Counted from the first letter of the stretch, positions 50,672 through 59,578 are shown. The stretch is 64,000 nucleotides of DNA from Candidatus Micrarchaeia archaeon (GCA_041653635.1 JBAZFC010000001.1:433723-497722), one strand, 5' to 3'. A program made the numbers and translations. The notes: generated from the sequence alone by a model not told the origin.

Positions 50672-50755
50672 GCAGGGGTAGCCAAGTGGCCAACGGCGCG
50701 GGCTTCAGGAGCCCGTCTCTTAGTGGGTTCGGGGGTTCGAATCCCCTCCCCTGCA
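50672..50755 (+). tRNA. tRNA-Leu(CAG)
   Basis: Acceptor GCAGGGG/CCCCTGC, 3-bp D stem, anticodon loop TTCAGGA, long variable arm (class II), T-arm GGGGG TTCGAAT CCCCT. Confidence 0.85.
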
Positions 50756-50855
50756 TCTCCAAGAGGAAGAGGGGGGAACTCCCCCCTCCTCTCTTTAGGG
50801 TAATCATACCTCCCCCCACTTCTCATCGCAACCCTTTGCACGTACTCCTTACGCA
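50756..50855 (+). repeat. Dispersed hairpin repeat, copy A
   Basis: AAGAGGAAGAGGGGGG-AACT-CCCCCCTCCTCTCTT hairpin, then TAGGGTAATCATACCTCCCCCCACTTC...CCCTTTGCACGTACTCCTTACGCA. The tail overlaps the stop codon of the P-type ATPase. Confidence 0.75.
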
Positions 50856-53452
50856 ATGGAAGGAAAACCCTTCCTTGAGCGCATCCCCATCCATTTCCGC
50901 ATCTCAAGATAAGCGAAGAGGAACACGCTGGTCCCCAGCACCACCGCCCAGTGCTCCAGCGCCAGCGGCTTGACCGCAAAGAGCACGTTCAGCTCCGGCA
51001 CATACAGAATCGCCAGGTGCATGCCCATGGTCAGCAACACAGTGAGCACTATCCATTTGTTCGCGAGAATCTCCCTCCACACCGGCCTTTCCAGGGACCT
51101 GCACGCGAACACCTTGGTCTTCTCCATCGCGACAAGCATCGTGAAAACCATGGTCTGCGCGAGCACCATGTCGCCGCCGCCCATAACCCATGCAAATGAG
51201 GCGAGAGTGGCGAATGTCATTATTATGGGCGACTCCACAAGGTACAATTCCATCCCGATCCATATGTTTTCATTCCTCTGCCTAGGCATCTTCTTCATCA
51301 CGTCCCCGCTTATGGGGTCCACCGCGAGCGCCACCGCGGGCAGGCCGTCCGTGACCAGGTTTATCCATAATATCTGTATCGCAACAAGGGGGAGGGGCAT
51401 CCCGAGCATCACCGCGAGGAATATGACCGCCACCTCCGCGATGTTCCCGGAAATCAAAAACGCCACCGTCTTCTTTATGTTCTCATAGATGCCGCGCCCC
51501 TCCTCCACCGCAGCAACGATTGTCGCAAAATTGTCATCAGCCAGCACCATGTCCGAGCTCTCCTTCGCGACCTCGGTGCCGGTTATGCCCATCGCCACCC
51601 CTATGTCCGCCTTCTTCAGGGCGGGCGCATCGTTCACCCCGTCCCCGGTCATCGCGACCACGTGCCCCCTCGCGTTGAGCGCATCAATTATCCTCAGCTT
51701 GTGCGCGGGCGATACCCGAGCATACACCGAAATGCCGTCCACTGCCCCAAGAAATTCCTCTTTCCCCATCGCGTCCAGCTCTTCCCCGGTGAGCACCTTC
51801 CCGTTGCCTATCCCCAGCTCCTCCGCGACCGCCTTGGCGGTGAGCGGATGGTCGCCCGTAATCATCACAACCCTTATCCCGGCGCCCCTGCACAGCCCGA
51901 CCGCCTCCTTCGCCTCTGGCCGCGGGCTGTCCATCATCGCCACTATGCCCACGAAGACCAGCGCCTTCTCCACGTCCCCCTTCTTCGTCTTCCCGTCAAT
52001 GTCCCGGTACGCGAGCGCGAGCGTCCTGTACCCCTTGGAGGTGAGGGAGTCGTTCTCCAGCATTATCGCCTCAGCCTCGCCCCTGCCCAGCGGCCTGCTT
52101 CCTCCCCGTGCCCAAATCCTGGCGCATTTCCCCAGCACCACTTCCGGCGCGCCCTTCGCATAAGCAATATGCTTGTTCCCGCTGCCCCTCACAGTTGTCA
52201 TCATCTTCCTGTCCGAATCAAACGGGAACTCAAACATCACCGGGTTCTCCCTTTCCAGTTCGTCCTTCCAAATCCCGCCTTTCGCCGCGAGGACGAGCAG
52301 CGCACCCTCCGTGGGGTCGCCGACCACTTCCCAGCCCTTCTTCTTTTCCAGCCAGGCGTTGTTGCACAGGGCCCCGATTTTCATCGCCAATTGCAGCCCC
52401 TCGTCCGCGCCCACCGCCTTCCCGCCAGACCTGAACTCGCCCCTCGGCTCATATCCCGAGCCGCCGACCTCGAAAACCTTCCCGCCTACCAGCACCCTCC
52501 GGACAGTCATCTCGTTCCGCGTCAGCGTCCCAGTCTTGTCCGTGCAGATGACGTCCGCGCACCCGAGCGTCTCCACCGATTTTAGTTTTTTCACTATCGC
52601 GTTCCGCCTGCTCATCCTCTGCACGCCCACGGCCAGCGTAATCACGACCACGGCGGGCAGTCCCTCCGGAATGGCAGCCACCGCGAGGCTCACCGAAGTA
52701 AGGAACATCCCCACCGGCTCGAATCCCCTCGCCAGCCCGGCGAGGAATATGAACGCGCAAAGCACGAGCACCCCCACCCCCAGCTGCCTGCCCATCCTGT
52801 CCAGGTCAACTTCCAGGGGAGTCCTCTCCTTCTGCACGGTCTGCACCATCTCGGTTATGCCGCCCATCCGGGTGGCCATCCCAGTCTTCTCAACGAGCAT
52901 CCTTCCCCTGCCCGCGACTATCACCGTTCCAGTCCATGCGCGGTCCTTCCCTGCCTCGTGCTTGTGCACAGGGACGCTCTCCCCGGTGAGCGCCGCCTCG
53001 TCCGCCGCAAGCCCGTACTGCTCCACCACCAATCCGTCCGCGGGCACGCGGTCCCCGGCCTCCAGCAGCACGATGTCGCCCGGCACGACCTCCCGCGCGT
53101 CTATGTTCGCCGCCTTCCCGTCCCTCAGCACGTTCGCTCGGGGCGAGACCATCCTCCTCAACGCCTCAAAGGATTTCTCCGCCTTGTACTCCTGCACGAA
53201 CCCGATTATCGCGTGCAGGAAAACAATCGCAAGTATCATTATCACATCCAGCCCCTCGCCCAGCAGTTGGGCGACTATCGCCGCCGCGATAAGGAGCAAA
53301 ACCAGGAAATCCGTGAACTGCCTCAGGAATTTGACCACTACGTGCTCCCCTTTTTTCTCCCGCAGCTCGTTGGGCCCGTATTTCCTGAAGAGCCTGGCAG
53401 CCTCAGCGCCGCTCAAGCCCGCATACCTTGCCATCGCTTTTTGTTCAGGCAC
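50849..53452 (-). CDS. P-type cation-transporting ATPase (type IIA, Ca2+-ATPase-like)
   Basis: 867 aa. DKTGTLT phosphorylation motif, TGDGVNDAPAL, ten-TM architecture. Confidence 0.9.
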   Translation of the reverse strand: MPEQKAMARYAGLSGAEAARLFRKYGPNELREKKGEHVVVKFLRQFTDFLVLLLIAAAIVAQLLGEGLDVIMILAIVFLHAIIGFVQEYKAEKSFEALRRMVSPRANVLRDGKAANIDAREVVPGDIVLLEAGDRVPADGLVVEQYGLAADEAALTGESVPVHKHEAGKDRAWTGTVIVAGRGRMLVEKTGMATRMGGITEMVQTVQKERTPLEVDLDRMGRQLGVGVLVLCAFIFLAGLARGFEPVGMFLTSVSLAVAAIPEGLPAVVVITLAVGVQRMSRRNAIVKKLKSVETLGCADVICTDKTGTLTRNEMTVRRVLVGGKVFEVGGSGYEPRGEFRSGGKAVGADEGLQLAMKIGALCNNAWLEKKKGWEVVGDPTEGALLVLAAKGGIWKDELERENPVMFEFPFDSDRKMMTTVRGSGNKHIAYAKGAPEVVLGKCARIWARGGSRPLGRGEAEAIMLENDSLTSKGYRTLALAYRDIDGKTKKGDVEKALVFVGIVAMMDSPRPEAKEAVGLCRGAGIRVVMITGDHPLTAKAVAEELGIGNGKVLTGEELDAMGKEEFLGAVDGISVYARVSPAHKLRIIDALNARGHVVAMTGDGVNDAPALKKADIGVAMGITGTEVAKESSDMVLADDNFATIVAAVEEGRGIYENIKKTVAFLISGNIAEVAVIFLAVMLGMPLPLVAIQILWINLVTDGLPAVALAVDPISGDVMKKMPRQRNENIWIGMELYLVESPIIMTFATLASFAWVMGGGDMVLAQTMVFTMLVAMEKTKVFACRSLERPVWREILANKWIVLTVLLTMGMHLAILYVPELNVLFAVKPLALEHWAVVLGTSVFLFAYLEMRKWMGMRSRKGFPSIA

Positions 53453-53492
53453 GAGTTTTATAAACTCTTAGCTTTCAATTAGAGCAAAAAGG

Positions 53493-54212
53493 GTGCTGGT
53501 TATGTATGGGGTTACGCCACAAGCTTATGACCGGGCAATAACAGTCTTCAGCCCGGACGGAAGGCTTTTCCAGGTAGAATATGCAAAAGAGGCAGTGAAG
53601 AGGGGCGCCACAGCGGTAGGCGTCTGCACGATGGACGCGGTCGCGCTGGTCGCATACAAAGCCGCGCATTCGCGCCTCGTGGTCCCGGAATCCATGCAGA
53701 AGATTTTTGACGTGGACAACCATGTCTGCGTCACCGCGAGCGGCCTGATTGCGGATGCGCGCCGCCTCGTGGACATAGCGCGGACGCACGCACAGAGGCA
53801 CAGCATGACCTTCAACGAGCCCGTGCCAACCGAGTCCATAGCAAAGCACGTTTGCGACCTCATGCAGTTATACACCCAATACGGGGGCATACGGCCCTTC
53901 GGCGTCTCCCTCCTCGTTGCGGGGGTGGGCAAGGGCGGCCCCGAGCTCTACGAGGCGGAGCCGAGCGGCGCCATGACAGGCTACTACGCGGATTCCGTGG
54001 GGAACGCGAAGAAGGAAGTGGACGAGCTCCTTGAGAAGAAGTTTGACAGGAAAATGGACATAAAGGACGCGATAGGCGTTGCGGTTGATGCGCTCAAGCA
54101 GACGAGCGAAACCAAGCTCACCGCGGACAACATAGAGGTGCGCTACGCAACGGTCGCATCACCCAAATTCGTCCCCATGACCGAGAAGGAAATCGCAAAA
54201 TACTTGAAATAG
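53493..54212 (+). CDS. psmA: Proteasome alpha subunit
   Basis: 239 aa. YDRAITVFSPDGRLFQVEYA N-terminal signature. Confidence 0.9.
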   Translation: MLVMYGVTPQAYDRAITVFSPDGRLFQVEYAKEAVKRGATAVGVCTMDAVALVAYKAAHSRLVVPESMQKIFDVDNHVCVTASGLIADARRLVDIARTHAQRHSMTFNEPVPTESIAKHVCDLMQLYTQYGGIRPFGVSLLVAGVGKGGPELYEAEPSGAMTGYYADSVGNAKKEVDELLEKKFDRKMDIKDAIGVAVDALKQTSETKLTADNIEVRYATVASPKFVPMTEKEIAKYLK

Positions 54213-54240
54213 ATTTTAGATTTCCAGATTAAGGCGCGCC

Positions 54241-54340
54241 CCTCCAAGAAGAAGAGGGGGGCGCCCCCTCCTCTCTTTAGGGTAATCATACCTCCCCCCC
54301 CCACTTCACTAGGGGGACGCTTTGCACGTACTCCTCACGC
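54241..54340 (+). repeat. Dispersed hairpin repeat, copy B
   Basis: AAGAAGAAGAGGGGGGCGCCCCCTCCTCTCTT hairpin plus a TAGGGTAATCATACC... tail near-identical to copy A. Sits between the convergent psmA and pyrH stops. Confidence 0.75.
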
Positions 54341-54352
54341 GCTTTTCTGCAA

Positions 54353-55036
54353 TCATTGCGAAGAAACAATAGTCCCGGCGTGCCTCTTTCCTTTTACTGC
54401 CTTTTCCAAATCCTTAACATTTTTCCCGCCCACAAAGTGCAGCTCTATCCCGCTCCTTTTCGCGAGCTTGCACGCCACCATGTCAAACACGAAATTAGTG
54501 CCCGGCGCCCTCTGGTCGTATTTCTGCGCCATCTCCAACAGTTGCGCGTGCGTCATCTTGTCAAATTTCTTCGCGGAGGGGTTGCCCTTCGGGTCCGAAT
54601 CGTAAATCCCGTCCACGTTGCTCAGATTGACCAATCTTTTTGCCCCGATTGCCTCCGCGAGCAATACGGAATCCGTGTCCGTAGTAATGCCTGGAATCGT
54701 CCCTCCCATCACCACAATCTTGTGCCCGCCCAGCGCGGCTGCCGCCTTTCCGAAGTCCCTGAACACCTTCGGGTGCGCCACATCCCGGAACAATGCGAGC
54801 ATGAGCTGTGCGTTCAATCTTGTCGCCGCCACAGCCGCTTCGTCCGCAACGAAATTGTTGCCGCAAAATTCCCGCGCGGCGGACGCATATTCCCTCGCAA
54901 CCTTCCCGCCTCCGGTGACAATCCCCAGCTCCTCGCCGCTTTTCATCACCATGTCCTTGAATTCCTTGAGGAACGCGTGGTCTATGCTGCCCGTACCGTT
55001 GATCAAGCTTCCCCCAAGAGAGATTACGACTGCCAT
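54353..55036 (-). CDS. pyrH: Uridylate (UMP) kinase, archaeal type
   Basis: 227 aa amino-acid-kinase fold, closely resembling archaeal UMPK (VTGGGKVAREY..., NVDGIYDSDPK). Confidence 0.75.
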   Translation of the reverse strand: MAVVISLGGSLINGTGSIDHAFLKEFKDMVMKSGEELGIVTGGGKVAREYASAAREFCGNNFVADEAAVAATRLNAQLMLALFRDVAHPKVFRDFGKAAAALGGHKIVVMGGTIPGITTDTDSVLLAEAIGAKRLVNLSNVDGIYDSDPKGNPSAKKFDKMTHAQLLEMAQKYDQRAPGTNFVFDMVACKLAKRSGIELHFVGGKNVKDLEKAVKGKRHAGTIVSSQ

Positions 55037-55086
55037 GCGCAGACATTAGTTCGTAAGTTTATAATGTTTTCAGTGCCCTGCGCAAA

Positions 55087-55989
55087 TCAAATCCTGCACG
55101 AAACCCCGTGCTTCAAATAGTATTTCTGGTGGTATTCCTCAGCAGGATAGAATTCGCCCGCAGGCACTATCTCCGTCACAATAGGATTTCTATGTTTCTT
55201 CCCCTCCCCCTCTTTGGATTCCCTCGCCTCCTTCTCCTGTTTTTTGGAATGGAAAAATATCACGGAGCGGTACTGCGTTCCAAAATCCGGCCCCTGCCTG
55301 TTCGGCGTAGTGGGGTCGTGCATCCTCCAGAAAACATCCAGCAATTGCTTATACGATACTTTTGATGGGTCAAACTCCACCCGCACGGATTCCGCATGCC
55401 CCGTCTTCCCGCCGTGCACTTCCCAGTAAGTAGGGTTCTTCGCAGTCCCTCCTGCATATCCCGCGGTGGTGGAAACCACGCCCTTCACGGCATCAAACTG
55501 CTCCTGCACGTGCCAGAAGCACCCAGCAGCAAAAGTAGCAATCTCAGTCTTCATCTCCCCAGCATACGGCTTCAGCGCAGCCGCATTTATGCAATACCTC
55601 TTCCCGGTGGGAGGCGGCCCGTCGTCAAACACATGCCCCAGGTGCGCCCCGCAACGGGCGCACAAAACCTCCTTCCTTTCCATAAAGAGGTCCTTATCCA
55701 CTTTTATCCGCACATTCAATTCAGATACCGGCTCCCAGAAGCTCGGCCACCCGGTGCCGGACTCAAACTTCCTGCCCACCTCAAACAAATCAGTCCCGCA
55801 GCACACGCACTGGTACAGCCCCCTTCCCAGAGGAACATCGCACTTGCCGGTGAAGGGCATTTCCGTCCCTTTCTTCCGTGTAATTTCAAACTGTTCCGGG
55901 GTGAGGATTTTCCTCCACTCCGCGTCCGCCTTCACTACTTCCGGCAATTCCTCAACCGCCTTCTTCCTGGCGTTGAAAATCCTTACCAT
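55087..55989 (-). CDS. msrBA: Fused peptide methionine sulfoxide reductase MsrB-MsrA
   Basis: 300 aa. N-terminal MsrB (CxxC...RYCINAAAL) plus C-terminal MsrA (GCFWHVQ). Confidence 0.85.
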   Translation of the reverse strand: MVRIFNARKKAVEELPEVVKADAEWRKILTPEQFEITRKKGTEMPFTGKCDVPLGRGLYQCVCCGTDLFEVGRKFESGTGWPSFWEPVSELNVRIKVDKDLFMERKEVLCARCGAHLGHVFDDGPPPTGKRYCINAAALKPYAGEMKTEIATFAAGCFWHVQEQFDAVKGVVSTTAGYAGGTAKNPTYWEVHGGKTGHAESVRVEFDPSKVSYKQLLDVFWRMHDPTTPNRQGPDFGTQYRSVIFFHSKKQEKEARESKEGEGKKHRNPIVTEIVPAGEFYPAEEYHQKYYLKHGVSCRI

Positions 55990-55999
55990 GCAACCGCCC

Positions 56000-56497
56000 C
56001 TAGACCAGGACCTTCTTCATTATCTCGTTGTCCGTAAACAGTTTCGTGAAGGGTTTGATATAAGCCAAAAACTTGAGGGGCCTCACTATGTACATCCTTC
56101 CGTTCTTCCACAGGGGCTTGAACCCCAATCTATACACGACCATCTCGTCCGTCTTGGTGCATTTCCTGAAATAGACCGTTCCGTCCGCCCCTATCCCCCC
56201 CATTGAATCAAACAATCCCGCAAGGAAGGAAGCGCTGTACTCATTCTTGTACTTGAACCTCTCCCCCTCCTCCTCAACCGTCTTCTGGAAAAACCGCCTG
56301 TACGCCGTATTGTAGAAATAGACCGTGTCCTCCCCGCCCAATATCTTCCCGACTTCCGCAATCTTCGCCTTCATGCACACATCAGTAAAAACAGCAAGAA
56401 TCTCTTCGCTCCCGCTCACACCCAGCCCCGACGGGGCCCTCCTGTCCTTCCACAATCCTATAATATAGGATAATTCCGGGGTGAGCTTTACCTTCAT
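56000..56497 (-). CDS. Small protein with two LAGLIDADG-like motifs (hypothetical)
   Basis: 165 aa. SYIIGLWKD at about residue 10 and [17 protein letters not shown] at about residue 100, spaced like double-motif LAGLIDADG endonucleases. Confidence 0.35.
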   Translation of the reverse strand: MKVKLTPELSYIIGLWKDRRAPSGLGVSGSEEILAVFTDVCMKAKIAEVGKILGGEDTVYFYNTAYRRFFQKTVEEEGERFKYKNEYSASFLAGLFDSMGGIGADGTVYFRKCTKTDEMVVYRLGFKPLWKNGRMYIVRPLKFLAYIKPFTKLFTDNEIMKKVLV

Positions 56498-56982
56498 CCT
56501 TTTGCCCTCTTCCTTACCCTCTCCTCCTCTTCCTCTTCAAACTTAACAACCGGCACCTTCTTGGCCGGCACGAAGCCTCCGAGCCTCTGCGAGGTGCTCA
56601 TGTTTATGGAATTCAATATCTCGCCGGCGAGCAGGTCGTCCCTGTCGCCCTGCACGTTGTGCTTCAGTTTCTTTTCGGCGCTAAGCGGCACCCTCGCTTC
56701 GTTGAAAATCTGCTCCAGAAGCGTCTCATCCGCCTTCGTGAACGGCTCCTTCCCGTCCAATATCCTCGCGTGCGCCTTCTCCAGCACGCCCGCGAACCTG
56801 TTTATGTCCGCCTTGCTGGCGCCGCCCACCTTGAGCGCTGAAAGCAGCCCGGCCGCAAGCACCACGTTCCTCTTCTTGGTCCTGTTCAGCAGCCGGGAAA
56901 GCGTGCCCGCCTCCTTCGTGGAGAGCTTGCCCTTCACCGCCGCAAGAACCTTCGCGGAAAACCCTGAGAAATCCTCTGGCAT
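56494..56982 (-). CDS. Hypothetical protein (operon with previous ORF)
   Basis: 162 aa. ATGA overlap with downstream ORF. Confidence 0.45.
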   Translation of the reverse strand: MPEDFSGFSAKVLAAVKGKLSTKEAGTLSRLLNRTKKRNVVLAAGLLSALKVGGASKADINRFAGVLEKAHARILDGKEPFTKADETLLEQIFNEARVPLSAEKKLKHNVQGDRDDLLAGEILNSINMSTSQRLGGFVPAKKVPVVKFEEEEEERVRKRAKG

Positions 56983-57057
56983 GGGCGTCTTTCTTTTCGC
57001 ACATTTATAAGATTTCCGGCGTGTGCGTTGCAGTCCGGCGGCGCGTTCCCGCCGCGC

Positions 57058-57432
57058 CTATTCCGGGCCCATCCTGAACACTACCGGAACCGGGAAGGGC
57101 GCCATCACGTTCTTGTGCAGCACGATTGCATTCTCCCCGGGAATGCAGGTGTTCGCCTCCAGCGTGTCCATCCCAATGCACAGACCCGTAAGTTCCGTTA
57201 TCTCCTCCGCGCCCTCGTGCATCTTCCCCTCGTCTATCCCGAACGTCCCGCCCATCCACTCATCATGCGAAGACGGCTGGAGCCCTCCCTTGAGCCAGAT
57301 TACCCTCCACGCGTCCTCGGCCAATTCATATTGGTAGAGCGAGGAATGCTGGACCGGCTGGTGCAGTAGCCCGAATGAGGAAAAGGAGAGCAGCACCACC
57401 AGCGCGATGAGCGCCTCCACGGTCTTCAGCAT
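57058..57432 (-). CDS. Small N-terminally anchored hypothetical protein
   Basis: 124 aa, one N-terminal hydrophobic helix. Confidence 0.4.
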   Translation of the reverse strand: MLKTVEALIALVVLLSFSSFGLLHQPVQHSSLYQYELAEDAWRVIWLKGGLQPSSHDEWMGGTFGIDEGKMHEGAEEITELTGLCIGMDTLEANTCIPGENAIVLHKNVMAPFPVPVVFRMGPE

Positions 57433-57454
57433 GCATGCGTCTTTTCCAAGAAAC

Positions 57455-57514
57455 CTATTTAATTACTATTTGAGTAATCCCCCCGATGCTTCTTACCGAG
57501 AAATACGCCCCTCA
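57455..57514 (+). repeat. Upstream duplicate of RFC promoter plus first 30 nt of rfcL CDS (direct repeat 1)
   Basis: GATGCTTCTTACCGAGAAATACGCCCCTCA matches 57656-57685 with 1 mismatch. Preceding about 30 nt also align with the genuine promoter region. Confidence 0.7.
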
Positions 57515-57612
57515 CCCAAAAACGCGGGGAGGGCACTCCCCCCATTTTTAGGGTTCATTCTGACCCCCTCCCACTTCACTTTGAAACCCTTTGCCCGCAC
57601 TCCTTACGCACG
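57515..57612 (+). repeat. Dispersed hairpin repeat, copy C (bidirectional terminator-like)
   Basis: CCCAAAAACGCGGGGAGGGCACTCCCCCCATTTTTAGGGTTCATTC...CCCTTTGCCCGCACTCCTTACGCA. A5-hairpin-T5 arrangement. Confidence 0.75.
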
Positions 57613-57625
57613 CGGTTTTCCTTAA

Positions 57626-57685
57626 TCTTATAAATTGTCTTTCAGTAATTCCTGCGATGCTTCTAACCGAGAAATACGCCCCTCA
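57626..57685 (+). promoter_or_regulatory. rfcL promoter (TATA TTATAAAT at 57628-57635) plus start of CDS, direct repeat 2
   Basis: TATA about 26 nt upstream of ATG 57657 (leaderless). Confidence 0.5.
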
Positions 57686-59090
57686 AAAAATTGAGGAAAT
57701 ACCCGGCAACACCGAGCTTAAGCAGAAGCTCAGGCGCTGGGCCCTCAACTGGGGAAGGGGCGAGCCGGGCAAGCCAATCCTGCTCACCGGCCCCACGGGC
57801 ACAGGCAAAACTGCTCTTGCCGTAGCCCTTGCCACGGAAATGGGGCTTGAGCTTGTGCAGATGGGCGCGAGCGAGCTGCGCAACAGGGAACGTGTGGAAA
57901 AAATAATGCATGGGGCGATGATGGCGTCCACCCTCTCCGGGAAAGGCAAGCTGGTTCTAATAGACGACGTTGATGCGATGTCCGGAAGGGAGGACTCGGG
58001 TGGCGTCTCCTCCATAGCGTCCGTCCTCCGCTCCCCAGCCCAGCCGATAATACTCACCGCAACCAACGCATGGGAAAAGAAGATATCCTCCCTCCGCTTC
58101 CTCTGCGACATCCTCACGCTCAAGAGGGCGATAGCCCCATCCATTGCGCGCATCCTCTCCCGCATCGCGGAGAAGGAGAGGATAGAGTGCCCGGTAGAAA
58201 AAATAGAAGGAATATCCGAGAACGCCAACGGTGACATACGAGGCGCGATAAACGACCTGCAGGCCTGCTCCCCAGGAATGCGCGACCGCGAGAAGGACAT
58301 GTTCGCGAGGATGTCCGCGCTCTACCGCTCCTCCACCTATTCCGAGGCGAGGGCGGCGGGCTTCGGGGATGTTGAGCACGACTACTTCAAGCTCTGGATA
58401 GACGAAAACCTGCCTGCTGTCTTTTCCGGAAGCGAGTTGGCGGACGCCTACTCCTCCCTTTCAAGGGCGGACATCTTTGACGGCAGGATACATTCCCGCC
58501 AGTACTGGGGCTTCCTCCGCTACTCCGGGGATTTGATGTGCGCAGGCACCGCTCTCGCTCACCCCGGCGCGGGCCAGAGGTTCATACGCTTCTCCTTCCC
58601 TTCCTACCTGCGCCAGATGTCCGCGACCACCGCCACGCGCGCAATCCTCCGTTCCCTCCGCTCCAAGGCGGGCAGGAGGCTGCACACCTCAGGCAAGGAG
58701 GCGGAAGGATCCCTCCCCATCCTCGCATTCATGCACGCGAACAGCCCCGCCGAGGTTGAATCCTTCTACGGGCTTGATGAAAAGGAGGTAGAGCTTCTCT
58801 CCTCCATGCTCCCGAAGGGAGTGCATGTGGTGAAGCCGGAGAAGAAAGAGGAGAAAAAGAAGGGCAAAAAAGAGGCAGATGGGAAGGAGAGCAAAGCCGC
58901 ACCGGAAGGAGCAAGCGAAACCGGGAAGGCAAGCCCCCCTGTCCGCGCGGCTGAGAAGGAAGTGAAGCGCGAGGAGAAAAAGGAGAAGGGAGTTCCCGGG
59001 AAGGAATCCGGTGAATCCACGAAGAAGGACCTCCTCCCCCCTAAGAGGCAGCCGCCGGCCCGCCATTCCAAGCTCAGCGAGTTCTTCTAG
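57657..59090 (+). CDS. rfcL: Replication factor C large subunit
   Basis: 477 aa. Clamp-loader AAA+ (LLTGPTGTGKT), MLLTEKYAP N-terminus typical of RFC. Confidence 0.85.
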   Translation: MLLTEKYAPQKIEEIPGNTELKQKLRRWALNWGRGEPGKPILLTGPTGTGKTALAVALATEMGLELVQMGASELRNRERVEKIMHGAMMASTLSGKGKLVLIDDVDAMSGREDSGGVSSIASVLRSPAQPIILTATNAWEKKISSLRFLCDILTLKRAIAPSIARILSRIAEKERIECPVEKIEGISENANGDIRGAINDLQACSPGMRDREKDMFARMSALYRSSTYSEARAAGFGDVEHDYFKLWIDENLPAVFSGSELADAYSSLSRADIFDGRIHSRQYWGFLRYSGDLMCAGTALAHPGAGQRFIRFSFPSYLRQMSATTATRAILRSLRSKAGRRLHTSGKEAEGSLPILAFMHANSPAEVESFYGLDEKEVELLSSMLPKGVHVVKPEKKEEKKKGKKEADGKESKAAPEGASETGKASPPVRAAEKEVKREEKKEKGVPGKESGESTKKDLLPPKRQPPARHSKLSEFF

Positions 59091-59190
59091 AGAAAACGCG
59101 GAGGGAGCGCCCTCCCCATTTTCTTCTATCTTTCTGCCCCTCCCCACCTCCGCTTGGAAACGCTTTGCACTGCTTTATCCATCTCCCCCG
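59091..59190 (+). repeat. Dispersed hairpin repeat, copy D (terminator-like, 3' of rfcL)
   Basis: AGAAAACGCGGAGGGAGCGCCCTCCCCATTTTCTTCTATCTTTCT...GCTTTGCACTGCTTTATCC. Hairpin plus T-rich tract directly after the rfcL stop. Confidence 0.7.
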
Positions 59191-59301
59191 TCGTGAGCTC
59201 TTTTGTCCGAACGCGTAGGAAAACCTCCACGTCGGTCTCGACGATAGCTTTATATTTCTTGTCTTCCGAATAGGCTCAGTATAAATTTAAGGGTGTAAGA
59301 C

Positions 59302-59517
59302 ATGGGATCCAAAATAGGAACAGAGAAAATAATGAGGGAGGACGGGTACCTCTACTTCGTCGGCAAGGACGGCTACGTCTGGAGAGTGCCGATGAAGCAC
59401 AACAAGAGGGGCTCCAAGAAGAAGGTCGGGACCCAGAGGGTCGACAAGAAGAAGGGCCACCTTTACTATGTCGGCGACGATGGGTACGTGTACCAGGCCA
59501 AAATGAAGAACGCCTGA
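59302..59517 (+). CDS. Small basic protein with internal duplication (DGY-repeat)
   Basis: 71 aa. EDGYLYFVGKDGYVWRVPMK / KGHLYYVGDDGYVWQAKMK duplicated module. TATA GTATAAATTT upstream. Confidence 0.5.
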   Translation: MGSKIGTEKIMREDGYLYFVGKDGYVWRVPMKHNKRGSKKKVGTQRVDKKKGHLYYVGDDGYVYQAKMKNA

Positions 59518-59578
59518 GTTCACTACTCCCTTTTTATTTTTTCCTCCTTATTTTATTCTCACATTATAGGTGGTTTAA

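Noticed and set aside
50830-50855. Resemblance of the repeat tail (GTACTCCTTACGCA) to the 16S rRNA 3' end or anti-Shine-Dalgarno sequence
   Set aside because: Only a 7-nt CTCCTTA match, with no surrounding rRNA-like sequence. Most likely coincidence.
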